Sequence record: SRR31156797_2536
Strand: one strand, 5' to 3'
Length of the DNA: 35,680 nt
Shown here piece after piece: positions 17,224-26,953 of the stretch. The position numbers and the translations under genes were made by a program. The notes under the pieces are model-generated. The model saw only the letters and a list, made by a program, of their open reading frames with translations. It did no database searches and was not told where the DNA came from. Within the stretch, counting starts at the first letter, position 1; each line of letters starts with the position of its first letter.

Positions 17224-17808
17224 TTATTTACCGAATATCCCTTTTGTGAAGATCTTCAAAAATAATGTGGACAGGTCTTCCACGGAAATCAATCCATCCC
17301 TGTTATACCACCAAACAGTGTAATGTATCATGCCGAAAAAGGAAAAAGTCGCCACGGTGGGCGGGATTCCGGTCATCTGCTTTTCTTTGATTAGATCTTC
17401 AAAGATGGATTCCATGATTTTTGTCAAACGTTTTTGCTTGCTCTTCATGATGTTCTTATGTTCCTCATTCAGGGAATCCACTTCCGTTAGGAGAAGTTTC
17501 AGCGCCTCCCTCCTTTTTCCGTAATGGCGGATATAGAATCTCAGGATTTTGTCCAGTTTTTCCTCGGGGGCTATATTTCTCTCGCAGATTTCACGGATGA
17601 CCTGCAACGCTGCATCCATATTGTCGTTAAGCAGTTTGAAAAGGATGCCTTCCTTGCTTTCCACATAATAGTATAGGGTTGATTTATTGATATTTAATTC
17701 ACGGGCGATATCTCTCATGGAGGTTACATGATAGCCCTTGGACGCAAACAATCTGGAAATGACGTCTTCAATCTCTTCGGTCTTTTTTTCAAAATTTTTT
17801 TCCGACAT
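17224..17808 (-). CDS. TetR/AcrR-family regulator (KstR2/PaaR-like C-terminus)
   Basis: HTH LFASKGYHVTSMRDIARELNINKSTLYYY and C-terminal GMIHYTVWWYNRDG. Confidence 0.92.
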   Translation of the reverse strand: MSEKNFEKKTEEIEDVISRLFASKGYHVTSMRDIARELNINKSTLYYYVESKEGILFKLLNDNMDAALQVIREICERNIAPEEKLDKILRFYIRHYGKRREALKLLLTEVDSLNEEHKNIMKSKQKRLTKIMESIFEDLIKEKQMTGIPPTVATFSFFGMIHYTVWWYNRDGLISVEDLSTLFLKIFTKGIFGK

Positions 17809-18024
17809 ATTTCACTCTATCATCCATTTCAAACATATGGGGCAGGCCGGTAAAGGTCCCGCATGGCGGTGCTTCTGAACCCTTTGCACTTATGATGCAC
17901 TATTCTTCGACGCTTGTCAAAAATCAAGAAGCTTGTGGTTTTTTTTTCAATTGTTTCGGTTCTCCCTATCAAAGGTCCATAAGGGATTTCGGGCAGGATC
18001 ATTCAGCATGGTATCATTTTTTTC

Positions 18025-18053
18025 TTGACAATATGGTCGCCACCCCCTAGGCT
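18025..18053 (+). promoter_or_regulatory. Sigma70 promoter of the beta-oxidation operon
   Basis: TTGACA-N17-TAGGCT. Confidence 0.65.
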
Positions 18054-18195
18054 TCGTTCAACCGGTTGGTCGAAAAATAAATTCAACCGACGGTCGTATA
18101 GATTCATCTGTAAATTTATAATACAATGAAAATACAGATAAAAGATACTATTAAATGAATTAGCATTGGTTAATGTAACCAACCGGTCGTTCGAA
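18053..18195. promoter_or_regulatory. Three related palindromic operator candidates
   Basis: TTCGTTCAACCGGTTGGTCGAA (18053-18074), TTCAACCGACGGTCGTA (18082-18098) and TGTAACCAACCGGTCGTTCGAA (18174-18195). Confidence 0.65.
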
Positions 18196-18235
18196 AGAGA
18201 AAAAATATCTCCCTCAGTCCTGTAAGGAGGATTCA

Positions 18236-19384
18236 ATGGACTTTGAATTGAGCAAGGAACAGAAAGATATCAAGGCCGCGGCCCGGGAATTCGCGGAAGG
18301 GGAAATCAGGGATATCGCCAAGGCCCAGGATCAAAAAGAAGAGTTTCCCATGAAACTCTGGGAAAAGGCGTGTGAACTCGGTTTCGTGGGGGTGTTCATC
18401 AATGAGGAAAACGGCGGGGCCGGTCTCGGTTATTTTGAGGCCTGTCTCATTATGGAAGAATTCTGGCGGGTCGATCCGGGATGCGGATGCGTTCTGCTTT
18501 CCGCCTTCGGGTCGGAGTTGATACAGGATTACGGCACAAAACAACAAAAGGAGAAATATCTCCCCCCCATCCCCATGGGGGAAGCCATCATGGGTGCGGC
18601 GGTCACCGAGCCGGATGCGGGAAGCGATATCTTCGGAGTCGGAACAACGGCCGTCAGGGACGGGGATGAGTATGTCATAAACGGCTCAAAGATTTTCATC
18701 ACCAACGGAACCATCGCCGATTATCTTACGGTCTTTTGCCTGACGGACCCCGAAGCCCCATCCCGGTACAAACGATTTTCCATTTTTGTGGTGGAGACCG
18801 ACAGTCCGGGATTTGAAGCTTCAAAGATAAAGGGGAAAATGGGGATTCGCGCTTCCGATACGGCGGAACTGGTTTTTAAAAATGTGCGTGTGCCCGCGGA
18901 AAACCTGGTGGGTGGCGAAGAGGGAAACGGGTTTGCCCAGATAATGGCGCTTTTTAATATCAACCGTGTGGTGGCGGCGGCACAGGGCGTGGGCGTGTCC
19001 CAGGGGGCCCTGGAGCAGGCCATCGCCCATGTTAAGGAACGCAGAACCTTCGGAAAACCGGTGGGAGCGAATCAGGCGGTTCAATTCAAACTGGCCGAGA
19101 TGGCCACCCAGGTGGAGGCCGCCAGGGTCCTTACCTATCAGGCGGCCTGGCTTCTGGACAACGGCAGGAGCGATCCCAAGCTTATCGCCATGGCAAAATG
19201 GCTGGCGGGAGAGACGGGCGTCAGGGTAACGGACGACGCCCTTCAACTGCACGGAGGCTACGGTTTTATCAATGAATACGATATCGAGCGTTTTTACCGG
19301 GATGCCAAAATCGTTGAAATCTACGAAGCGACCAAGGAGATGGAGAAAAATACCATCGCCCATCAGCTTCTGGGGAAGTTATAG
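18236..19384 (+). CDS. Acyl-CoA dehydrogenase
   Basis: VTEPDAGSD, NGSKIFITNG, KMGIRASDT, QLHGGYGF and IYE; TAAGGAGG RBS. Confidence 0.95.
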   Translation: MDFELSKEQKDIKAAAREFAEGEIRDIAKAQDQKEEFPMKLWEKACELGFVGVFINEENGGAGLGYFEACLIMEEFWRVDPGCGCVLLSAFGSELIQDYGTKQQKEKYLPPIPMGEAIMGAAVTEPDAGSDIFGVGTTAVRDGDEYVINGSKIFITNGTIADYLTVFCLTDPEAPSRYKRFSIFVVETDSPGFEASKIKGKMGIRASDTAELVFKNVRVPAENLVGGEEGNGFAQIMALFNINRVVAAAQGVGVSQGALEQAIAHVKERRTFGKPVGANQAVQFKLAEMATQVEAARVLTYQAAWLLDNGRSDPKLIAMAKWLAGETGVRVTDDALQLHGGYGFINEYDIERFYRDAKIVEIYEATKEMEKNTIAHQLLGKL

Positions 19385-19393
19385 GAGGCCGGC

Positions 19394-20281
19394 ATGAAAA
19401 TTGAGAAAGCGGGCGTCATCGGTTGCGGCGCCATGGGTTCGGGGATCGTTCAGGTGCTTCTTCTAAGCGGTTATGAAGTAATTGCACGGGAAACGGATCA
19501 GGAACAACTGGATTCGGGGCTTAAGAGAATAAACAAGGCCTTTCTAAAACTGGAAGAAAAGGGACGGATGGATGCCACCCGAAGGGAAACCGCCCTCGGT
19601 CGACTGAAAGGCGTTCTGTCCCTGGAAGAACTGAAGGATTGCGACATCATTATTGAAGCTGTTTTTGAAGATATGGACGTGAAAACCGCTCTTTTCTCCG
19701 AGCTGGACGGCTTGTGTAAGGAGGAAACCATCCTGGCCAGCAATACTTCCTCTCTCTCCATAACCGAAATGGCTGCTGCCGTTTCCCGAAAAGAGAGGGT
19801 GATCGGCCTTCATTTTTTCAACCCTCCGGCCGTAATGCCCCTGGTGGAAGTGGTCCATACCATTTCCACCGCCGGGGCGGTGCTGGATACGGGTGTGGAC
19901 TTTGTGAAATCCTTGGGGAAAAGCCCCATTGTGGCCAAGGATAACGCGGGTTTTATCGTCAATCTGCTCCTCACCCCCTTTTTGATGGATGCCATGAGGG
20001 CTTTTTCGAACGGGGTTGCCAGCATTGAAGATATCGATACCGGGATCCGGCTGGGATTGAACCATCCCCTGGGGCCCTTGAAACTGGCCGATATGATCGG
20101 CCTTGATATTCTTCATTCCGCCGCCGAAACCATGTGCAGGGAATATTCGGACGCCCGGTACGCGCCCCCTCCCATACTCAAGAAGATGGTCATGATGGGA
20201 TATCTGGGGATGAAAACAAAAAGGGGCTTTTATGACTGGTCGGATCCTCGGAATCCCAGGCCCGTTAATATGAATTTATAA
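19394..20281 (+). CDS. 3-hydroxyacyl-CoA (3-hydroxybutyryl-CoA-type) dehydrogenase
   Basis: GCGAMGSG, LASNTSSL, GLHFFNP and GPLKLADMIGLD. Confidence 0.94.
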   Translation: MKIEKAGVIGCGAMGSGIVQVLLLSGYEVIARETDQEQLDSGLKRINKAFLKLEEKGRMDATRRETALGRLKGVLSLEELKDCDIIIEAVFEDMDVKTALFSELDGLCKEETILASNTSSLSITEMAAAVSRKERVIGLHFFNPPAVMPLVEVVHTISTAGAVLDTGVDFVKSLGKSPIVAKDNAGFIVNLLLTPFLMDAMRAFSNGVASIEDIDTGIRLGLNHPLGPLKLADMIGLDILHSAAETMCREYSDARYAPPPILKKMVMMGYLGMKTKRGFYDWSDPRNPRPVNMNL

Positions 20282-20374
20282 ACATTTAAACTTGAAGAAA
20301 TTATTTGAGGCCTCACCACGGTAAGGCATGAATTGAAAAAAACGCATTGTATATATATTGGGGGGAGAAAGGCT

Positions 20375-21553
20375 GTGGAAAAAGAAATTTTTATTGTGGG
20401 TGCAACCAGAACGCCCATCGGTGATTTCGGCGGGTCGTTAAAAAAGTTGAGCGCAACGGATCTGGCCGTATTGGTCATGCAATCGGTGCTTGAACGTTCC
20501 GGTGTGGATCCGGAAAACATCGGTTTGGTTTTTTTCGGCAACTGCTTCGATCCCCTTGCCAATAACATTGCCCGTATCGCGGCCGTAAAGGCCGGGTTAC
20601 CCCTGGAAGTGCCTGGGATCGCGGTTTCCAGCACCTGCGGATCGGGAATGCAGGCCGTGGCCTCCGGTTTCAGGGCCATCAGGGACGGTGAGGCGGATGT
20701 GGTTTTGGCGGGAGGCGTTGAGAGCATGAGCAACGCGCCCTACGTGTCACCGAGCCAACGGTGGGGACAGCGGCTACGGCATGCGGAACTCTATGATCTC
20801 GTATGGAAATCCATGCAGGAATACCCTCTGGGAACGGGTATGGGAATGACGGCGGAAAACGTGGCCGAGCGGGACGGCATCTCCAGGGAAGATCAGGACG
20901 TGCTGGCCCTTTCCAGCCAGAGCAGGGCCGTTCAGGCGATCCGGGATGGGAAATTCAAGGATGAAATCACGCCCGTTCTGATCCCCCGGAGAAAGGGTGA
21001 GCCTAAGGTTGTGGATACGGACGAACACCCCAGAGACGGATTGACCATGGAAAAATTGGCCCAATTGGGGCCCGCTTTCAAAAAGGGCGGATGCGTCACG
21101 GCCGGGAATTCCTCCGGCATTAATGACGGTGCGGCCGCCGTGATTCTCATGAGTGGCGAAAAGGTCCGGGAATTGGGTCTTCAACCCATGGGCAGAATTG
21201 TTGAAACCGTGGTGGTGGGGGTGGATCCCGATTACATGGGTGACGGACCCGTGCCCGCCACACGGAAGATTTTGGAAAAGGCGGGAATATCCCTTGCCGA
21301 TATCGGCCTCTTTGAAGTGAACGAGGCTTTTGCGGCCCAGTATCTCGGCTGTGAACGGGCCTTGGGGCTGGATCGGGAAATCACCAACGTGAACGGAAGC
21401 GGCATCGCCCTGGGACATCCGGTGGGTTGCAGTGGATGCCGGATCATGGTGACCCTGCTCCATGAGATGAAGAGAAGGGAGGTCCGTTACGGCCTTGCCA
21501 GCCTTTGCGCCGGGGGCGGCCAGGGGTTCGCAACCCTGGTGGAAAAAGTGTAA
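20375..21553 (+). CDS. Thiolase (acetyl-CoA C-acyltransferase)
   Basis: RTPIG, catalytic CGSG, NEAFA, GHPVG and CAGGG. GTG 20375 follows GGAG. Confidence 0.95.
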   Translation: MEKEIFIVGATRTPIGDFGGSLKKLSATDLAVLVMQSVLERSGVDPENIGLVFFGNCFDPLANNIARIAAVKAGLPLEVPGIAVSSTCGSGMQAVASGFRAIRDGEADVVLAGGVESMSNAPYVSPSQRWGQRLRHAELYDLVWKSMQEYPLGTGMGMTAENVAERDGISREDQDVLALSSQSRAVQAIRDGKFKDEITPVLIPRRKGEPKVVDTDEHPRDGLTMEKLAQLGPAFKKGGCVTAGNSSGINDGAAAVILMSGEKVRELGLQPMGRIVETVVVGVDPDYMGDGPVPATRKILEKAGISLADIGLFEVNEAFAAQYLGCERALGLDREITNVNGSGIALGHPVGCSGCRIMVTLLHEMKRREVRYGLASLCAGGGQGFATLVEKV

Positions 21554-21627
21554 CGCATGGGCATATGTGAGGTTCGGAGAAGAGCAAATCAAGGATATGG
21601 GTTTTTAAATTGAATAAGGAGGACTCC

Positions 21628-23187
21628 ATGAGAGGGATAAACCTGGCAACAATTCTGGAACACACAACCGCCGCTCATCCGGATAAGACCGGCCTGATTT
21701 TTGACAATAGAGAATGGACCTTCGGGGAAATAAACCGAAAAGCCGGTGAAGTGGCCAAGGGGCTTTCCCGATTGGGCATTCGGAAAGGCGATAGGATAAC
21801 GCTGTTTCTTCCCAATGTTCCCGAATTCTTTTTTTGGTTTTTCGGAGTTTTGAAAGTGGGAGCGGTGGTGAACCCTTTAAACGTCATGCTCAAGAAGAAG
21901 GAGATTGAATATATCCTGGGGGATTGTGCACCGAAACTCCTTGTGGCCACAAGCGACGTGGCCGAAGAGCCCTATAAAATCTTCAGGGAATCCGGAAGCG
22001 CCATCGAGCACATGGTGGTCATCGGGGAAAATGATTTCAAGGACGTCATTGAATACGAATCATGGTGCAAGGGATTTGACGGAGATTTCGATTCCGTGCT
22101 CGTGGAAAAGGACGATCTGGCGGCCATACTCTATACTTCCGGAACAACCGGACAGCCCAAAGGGGTGATGCTGACCCACAACAACCTCTGGACGAACGCA
22201 AGGCATTGCGCGGACTGGGCCAAAACAACCTACAAAGACAGTACGGTTTGCGCGCTGCCCCTTTTTCACTCCTATGCGTTGATACATGTCATGGCGGAAC
22301 TTTGGATAGAGGGGGGGACCATCATATGGTTGAGCCGTTTTGATCCCAAGGAATGTCTGGAAACAATGGTGAAATACAATGTAACCGCTTTTCACGGGGT
22401 TGCCACCATCTATTACGCCATGCTCAACGAGCCCCGTATCGATGAATACGCCGGGAAACTGAACCTCAGATACAGCGTGACCGGTGCCGCGGTGACGCCG
22501 GAGCCGATCCTGAAAGCGTGGAATGAAAAATTCACATCCCTGAGCGAGGGATACGGCATGACCGAGGCCTCGCCGGTGGTGTTCATGAATCCCCTGAGCG
22601 GGGAAGGGGTGCAGAAAGCCAACTCCTGCGGCGTACCCCTGGTTCCGGAAATTGAAGTGAGCGCTTTCGATACCCATGATCAGCCGGTCAAGACGGGGGA
22701 GACCGGTGAACTGGTGGTAAGGGGCCCCAATGTGATGAAGGGGTATTGGAACAGGCCCGAAGAGACGGCCGAGACCCTCAGAAACGGATGGCTTCATACG
22801 GGGGACATCGTAACCTTCGATGAAGACGGCTACTGTTTTGTCAAGGACCGTCTGAAGGACATGATCATCACGGGCGGTTTCAATATATATCCCAAGGAAG
22901 TGGAAGACCTGCTCTATACGCACGAAGCCGTGGGGGAAGCCCAGGTGGTGGGGGTTCCCGATCTGGTCAAGGGCGAAATCGCGGTGGCCTGCATCGCCCT
23001 GAAAAAGGGTTATACGGCCCATGAAGATGAAATCAAGGACTTTTGTCGGGAGAATGCGGCCCGGTACAAGGTCCCCAAGCATGTTATGTTTTTCCATGAA
23101 CTCCCGAAAACCGTTACCGGTAAACTCGAGAAAGTCAGTTTGAGAGAATTGGTGAAAAAGGAATTCGAAAAAAAGGAATCGGCATAG
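21628..23187 (+). CDS. Long-chain-fatty-acid-CoA ligase family protein
   Basis: YTSGTTGQPKG, GYGMTE, WLHTGD, RLKDMII and GKL. ATG 21628 follows TAAGGAGG. Confidence 0.94.
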   Translation: MRGINLATILEHTTAAHPDKTGLIFDNREWTFGEINRKAGEVAKGLSRLGIRKGDRITLFLPNVPEFFFWFFGVLKVGAVVNPLNVMLKKKEIEYILGDCAPKLLVATSDVAEEPYKIFRESGSAIEHMVVIGENDFKDVIEYESWCKGFDGDFDSVLVEKDDLAAILYTSGTTGQPKGVMLTHNNLWTNARHCADWAKTTYKDSTVCALPLFHSYALIHVMAELWIEGGTIIWLSRFDPKECLETMVKYNVTAFHGVATIYYAMLNEPRIDEYAGKLNLRYSVTGAAVTPEPILKAWNEKFTSLSEGYGMTEASPVVFMNPLSGEGVQKANSCGVPLVPEIEVSAFDTHDQPVKTGETGELVVRGPNVMKGYWNRPEETAETLRNGWLHTGDIVTFDEDGYCFVKDRLKDMIITGGFNIYPKEVEDLLYTHEAVGEAQVVGVPDLVKGEIAVACIALKKGYTAHEDEIKDFCRENAARYKVPKHVMFFHELPKTVTGKLEKVSLRELVKKEFEKKESA

Positions 23188-23307
23188 GCGGTGGTTCACC
23201 GCAACGGCGCTTGCGGGCTGCTGTTTCAGGCGGCCCGATTAATCTTAACGGCGGATCGGTTAAGGCCTTTGGCCCCTCCGCCAACCTAAAAAGGGAGGTT
23301 TTCGAAC

Positions 23308-24318
23308 ATGAAAAGAATCATTTTGGCAGTAATGGTTATGGGCATGATCTTGGGAACAACGGCAATTCCGCATCCGGCTACAGCCGGGGAGGAAGTGAAG
23401 ATGGGGTTTTATTCCATTGCCCCTCCCTTTTCACCCGTCAACACGAGCATGGACAAAATGAAAGCGTCCTTGATGGAAAAAAGCGGCGGCAGGATCAAGA
23501 TGAACCTATATCCTTCGGGACAATTGGGTCCCGAGAGTGCAGGGCTTAACAAGCTTAAGTTTGGGGCGGTCCAGGCCGCAGCCATTACGGGTGTGGCCAT
23601 ATCCACCATAGAACCGAAGGCCAACGTGCTGATGATGCCCTTTGTCTTTGAAACCTGGGAAGATGTGGAAAAGTTCGCAAACGGAAAGGTAATTGCGGAA
23701 ATCGGTGAGAGCCTCAATAAAAAAGGTCTCAAACTGATGGGGATCGGCAGCTACGGGTTCTTTAATACCCTTTCCGTGAAAAAACCCCTGATAAGGCCGG
23801 AGGATTTCAAAGGCGTTAAAATTCGCGTATATCCCACGCCCGTGCTGGTGGATCTGTACAAGATTCTGGGATCTTCTCCCACCCCCATCGCGTTTCCGGA
23901 AATATATACCGCTCTTCAGCAGGGGGTGATCGACGCCACGGACGGGACCCTGGACAGCTCCAATGCCAGCAAACAGTATGAAGTGGCCAAACACCTTACA
24001 AGGACAAACCATATTCACGGTTGGTTTCTGTACATGGTCAACAAGAAATGGTTTGAAACCCTTTCCAAGGAAGATCAGGCCCTGGTAGCGGATAGTTTTC
24101 AGGAATACTCAAAAATCGCCAGAGAAGAAAGTCAAAAATATGACAATAAGATTTTGGAATCATATAAGGGAAAAGGTGTTGAAATAAGGGACCTTACCGA
24201 TGATGAGCGTGATGCCTTTCGCAAGAAGACGGCGCCCATTCACCAGAAATATCGGGGGAAGATCGGTCCCAAATTTATGGACGAATTCTATGGGGAATTG
24301 GATTACCAAGCGAAATGA
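23308..24318 (+). CDS. dctP: TRAP transporter solute-binding protein
   Basis: Signal peptide, YPSGQLG, DFKGVKIRV and EIYTALQQGVID. Confidence 0.93.
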   Translation: MKRIILAVMVMGMILGTTAIPHPATAGEEVKMGFYSIAPPFSPVNTSMDKMKASLMEKSGGRIKMNLYPSGQLGPESAGLNKLKFGAVQAAAITGVAISTIEPKANVLMMPFVFETWEDVEKFANGKVIAEIGESLNKKGLKLMGIGSYGFFNTLSVKKPLIRPEDFKGVKIRVYPTPVLVDLYKILGSSPTPIAFPEIYTALQQGVIDATDGTLDSSNASKQYEVAKHLTRTNHIHGWFLYMVNKKWFETLSKEDQALVADSFQEYSKIAREESQKYDNKILESYKGKGVEIRDLTDDERDAFRKKTAPIHQKYRGKIGPKFMDEFYGELDYQAK

Positions 24319-24341
24319 TCTTTTCAAACCCAAAATTCGCC

Positions 24342-24366
24342 GGGAAGGGGATTTTATCCCCTTCCC
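24342..24366 (+). other. Perfect 11-bp stem-loop after dctP (mRNA stabiliser or attenuator)
   Basis: GGGAAGGGGAT-TTT-ATCCCCTTCCC with no U-tract. Confidence 0.6.
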
Positions 24367-24470
24367 CAATAACGGTTTTAGTGAACATTGCGGTCAACTT
24401 CAGGTTACCCGAGAATGTTTTCCAACTGTGTGGAGGGTCGCGGACCTTGAACCGCCGGTGAGGAGAAACC

Positions 24471-24977
24471 ATGTTTAGATCATTTCTAAGAGGTATTTCC
24501 AGGATAGAGACCACGCTCATTGCCACATTGCTTGCCTTTAATGTGGTTATTCTGTTTGTTACGGTTGTTTATCGGTATTTGTTGAACGACCCTCCCACAT
24601 GGCCAGAGGAAGCCAGCAGATACGTGATGATATGGATTGTTTACCTCGGCGTGTCCCAGTCCATTGAGAATAATGCGGAAATAAAGATCGATATCCTGAC
24701 CAGGCTGATCCCGTCGAGATTCATGGAGGTTTTCACCTCAATCTTTTCCACGTCCATGGGTCTGGCCGTATCCCTTCTCATTGTTTATCAAGGGGTCAAA
24801 TTTACGCGTCTTCTCATGGGAATGGAGCAATATGCCGCATCTTTCACCCTTCCCATGTCATTCATCTATGCCGTTATTCCCGTTTCCGGTTTTCTGATGG
24901 CACTAAAATATATGGTTAAGTTCGTCTCAATACTTAAAGGGCTTTCCAAGGGAAGAGGCGTGGCCTCGAATTCATGA
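24471..24977 (+). CDS. dctQ: TRAP small permease
   Basis: Four hydrophobic segments, RY...WPEEASRYVMIW and IKID. Confidence 0.92.
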   Translation: MFRSFLRGISRIETTLIATLLAFNVVILFVTVVYRYLLNDPPTWPEEASRYVMIWIVYLGVSQSIENNAEIKIDILTRLIPSRFMEVFTSIFSTSMGLAVSLLIVYQGVKFTRLLMGMEQYAASFTLPMSFIYAVIPVSGFLMALKYMVKFVSILKGLSKGRGVASNS

Positions 24978-25031
24978 AGCAACACCGCCAACCAGGGCCA
25001 TCCAGATCCTGTTTTTCAAGAGGTTTCATAA

Positions 25032-26327
25032 ATGGAAACGATTGTGCTTATCGTTGTTCTACTCGGGCTTTTTTTATCATCAACTCCCATAGGGATCTCC
25101 TTTATCGCCACGGCCGTGGTGCTTCTACTGCTCTTTACGGATGTGCCCTTGTTAATGATGTCGGAAGGGCTTTTTTCAAAGCTGGATTCATTTCCCCTTG
25201 AGGCGGTTCTTTTTTTTATTTTGCTGGGCAATTTGATGAAGGCGGGAAATTCCTCAAACCATCTCATTGATTTTGCAAAATCCCTTGTATACAGGGTCCC
25301 GGGAGGCCTCGGCATCGCAGGGATCATGGCCTGCGCCATTTTCGGTGCCATATCCGGTTCGGCCACGGCCACGGTGGTGGCCATTGCCACCATTCTTGTG
25401 CCCGCCATGGTAAAATCCGGATATGATAAGGATTTTTCCGTGGGGCTGCTTACCACCTCAAGCATCCTCGGCGTGATTATTCCTCCCAGCATTCTCATGA
25501 TTTTATATTCGGTGGTGGCCAATGTCTCCATGGCCAAGCTTTTCCTGGGGGGCTTCGTTCCGGGCATTATGATTGCGGTGGCATTGTCCCTCTATACCGT
25601 TGTTGTGGCGCGAAAAAAGGGTTACGGCGAGATTGCCGTGAAAAATGAAGGGGGCACCCAGGGTTTTACAGGTGTTTTTAAAGCCGCCGGCAGGGGAATA
25701 TGGGCTCTGCTGCTCCCTTTTCTGATTCTTGGGGGCATTTACGGCGGTATCTTCACACCCACCGAAGCGGCTGTTGTGGGTTGCGTATACGCCATCGTCA
25801 TCGAGGTCTTCCTTTATCGAACCCTGAACCCCAAGGGTATCATTGAGGTGCTGACCACCTCCGGAATTTCAACGGGCGCCCTTCTGATTACCCTGGCCGG
25901 AGCCTGTATTTTCTGTGATTATCTCACCTTAAAACAGATTCCTCAGGATCTTTCATCCTTTGTGCTCTCCAGCATCAAGTCCCCGGCCATCTTTCTTGTT
26001 TGCATCAACTTGCTTTTCCTCTTCCTGGGTACATTCATAGACCCCCTTTCGGCCATAATCGTGGTAACGCCCCTGCTCATGCCGACGGTGCAGGCTTTGG
26101 GCATCGACCCTATTTTCCTGGGCGTGGTGCTGACCATCAATCTGGGCGTGGGTTACTGTACGCCGCCGATGGGTGCGAACCTTTTCGTTGCTTCCCTGGT
26201 GATGAAGGAATCCTATGCCAAGATAGCGGTTGCGGTAATACCGGCCCTGGCCATCTATCTGGTGACCTTGCTGTTGCTGAATGTATTTCCATCATTGGTT
26301 TTGTTCCTGCCCAATTGGATCATGTGA
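25032..26327 (+). CDS. dctM: TRAP large permease
   Basis: FGAISGS, GVIIPPSI, GIFTPTEAA and CTPPMGANLF. Confidence 0.94.
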   Translation: METIVLIVVLLGLFLSSTPIGISFIATAVVLLLLFTDVPLLMMSEGLFSKLDSFPLEAVLFFILLGNLMKAGNSSNHLIDFAKSLVYRVPGGLGIAGIMACAIFGAISGSATATVVAIATILVPAMVKSGYDKDFSVGLLTTSSILGVIIPPSILMILYSVVANVSMAKLFLGGFVPGIMIAVALSLYTVVVARKKGYGEIAVKNEGGTQGFTGVFKAAGRGIWALLLPFLILGGIYGGIFTPTEAAVVGCVYAIVIEVFLYRTLNPKGIIEVLTTSGISTGALLITLAGACIFCDYLTLKQIPQDLSSFVLSSIKSPAIFLVCINLLFLFLGTFIDPLSAIIVVTPLLMPTVQALGIDPIFLGVVLTINLGVGYCTPPMGANLFVASLVMKESYAKIAVAVIPALAIYLVTLLLLNVFPSLVLFLPNWIM

Positions 26328-26413
26328 TGGAGACCAAATGCTTAATGGATATGTGAAGATTTATGCAATCATAAGGAATCTATGTATCAGGTAATTTTAG
26401 GAAAGACATTATC

Positions 26414-26905
26414 ATGAATGAGATAGAGAGGCTTGAAGGTAAGAAAATCCTGGTCGTAGACGACGAACCGGATATTCTTGAAACAATTGTTGCGTTGCTC
26501 CATATGTGCCGTGTGACCACCGCTTCCACTTTTGAAGAGGGCCGAAGTCTCCTGAGATCCAAGCGCTTTGACATTGCCGTTTTGGATATCATGGGGGTTA
26601 AAGGATATGATTTATTGGAGATCGCAAAGGACAAAGACGTTACGGCCGTCATGCTGACGGCTCACGCTCTGAGCGTCGAGGATACGGTTAAGTCTTTTCG
26701 TAAAGGCGCCGCCTTTTATATACCCAAGGAAGAGATGTTAAATCTTGAGGTTTACCTTCGGGATGTGCTCGAAGGGATAGAAAAGGGCAAAAGGTTTTGG
26801 TGGCGCTGGCTGGAACGGTTCGGACCCTATTACGACAAACGATTCGGGGATCGGTGGAAAGAGAAAAACAAGGAATTTTTCGAAAGCTTGAAATACCGTA
26901 TTTAA
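26414..26905 (+). CDS. Receiver-domain protein with short aromatic C-terminal tail
   Basis: VVDDE, LDIMG, MLTAH and YIPK; no recognisable output domain. Confidence 0.85.
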   Translation: MNEIERLEGKKILVVDDEPDILETIVALLHMCRVTTASTFEEGRSLLRSKRFDIAVLDIMGVKGYDLLEIAKDKDVTAVMLTAHALSVEDTVKSFRKGAAFYIPKEEMLNLEVYLRDVLEGIEKGKRFWWRWLERFGPYYDKRFGDRWKEKNKEFFESLKYRI

Positions 26906-26953
26906 TGTGGGTAAAGGGGTATTCCCCTTTCAGCGTACCGGGAGGTAAAAAAC

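Noticed and set aside
19321..19340. IYEAT instead of IYEGT in the acyl-CoA dehydrogenase
   Set aside because: The catalytic Glu is retained, and a single conservative change cannot be interpreted without an alignment.
20774..23199. Long minus-strand ORFs of 272 and 379 aa
   Set aside because: They are antisense shadows of the thiolase and CoA ligase with no recognisable features.
23211..23549. 112-aa ORF overlapping the dctP start
   Set aside because: It is an alternate-frame overlap with a TTG start, no RBS and no motifs.
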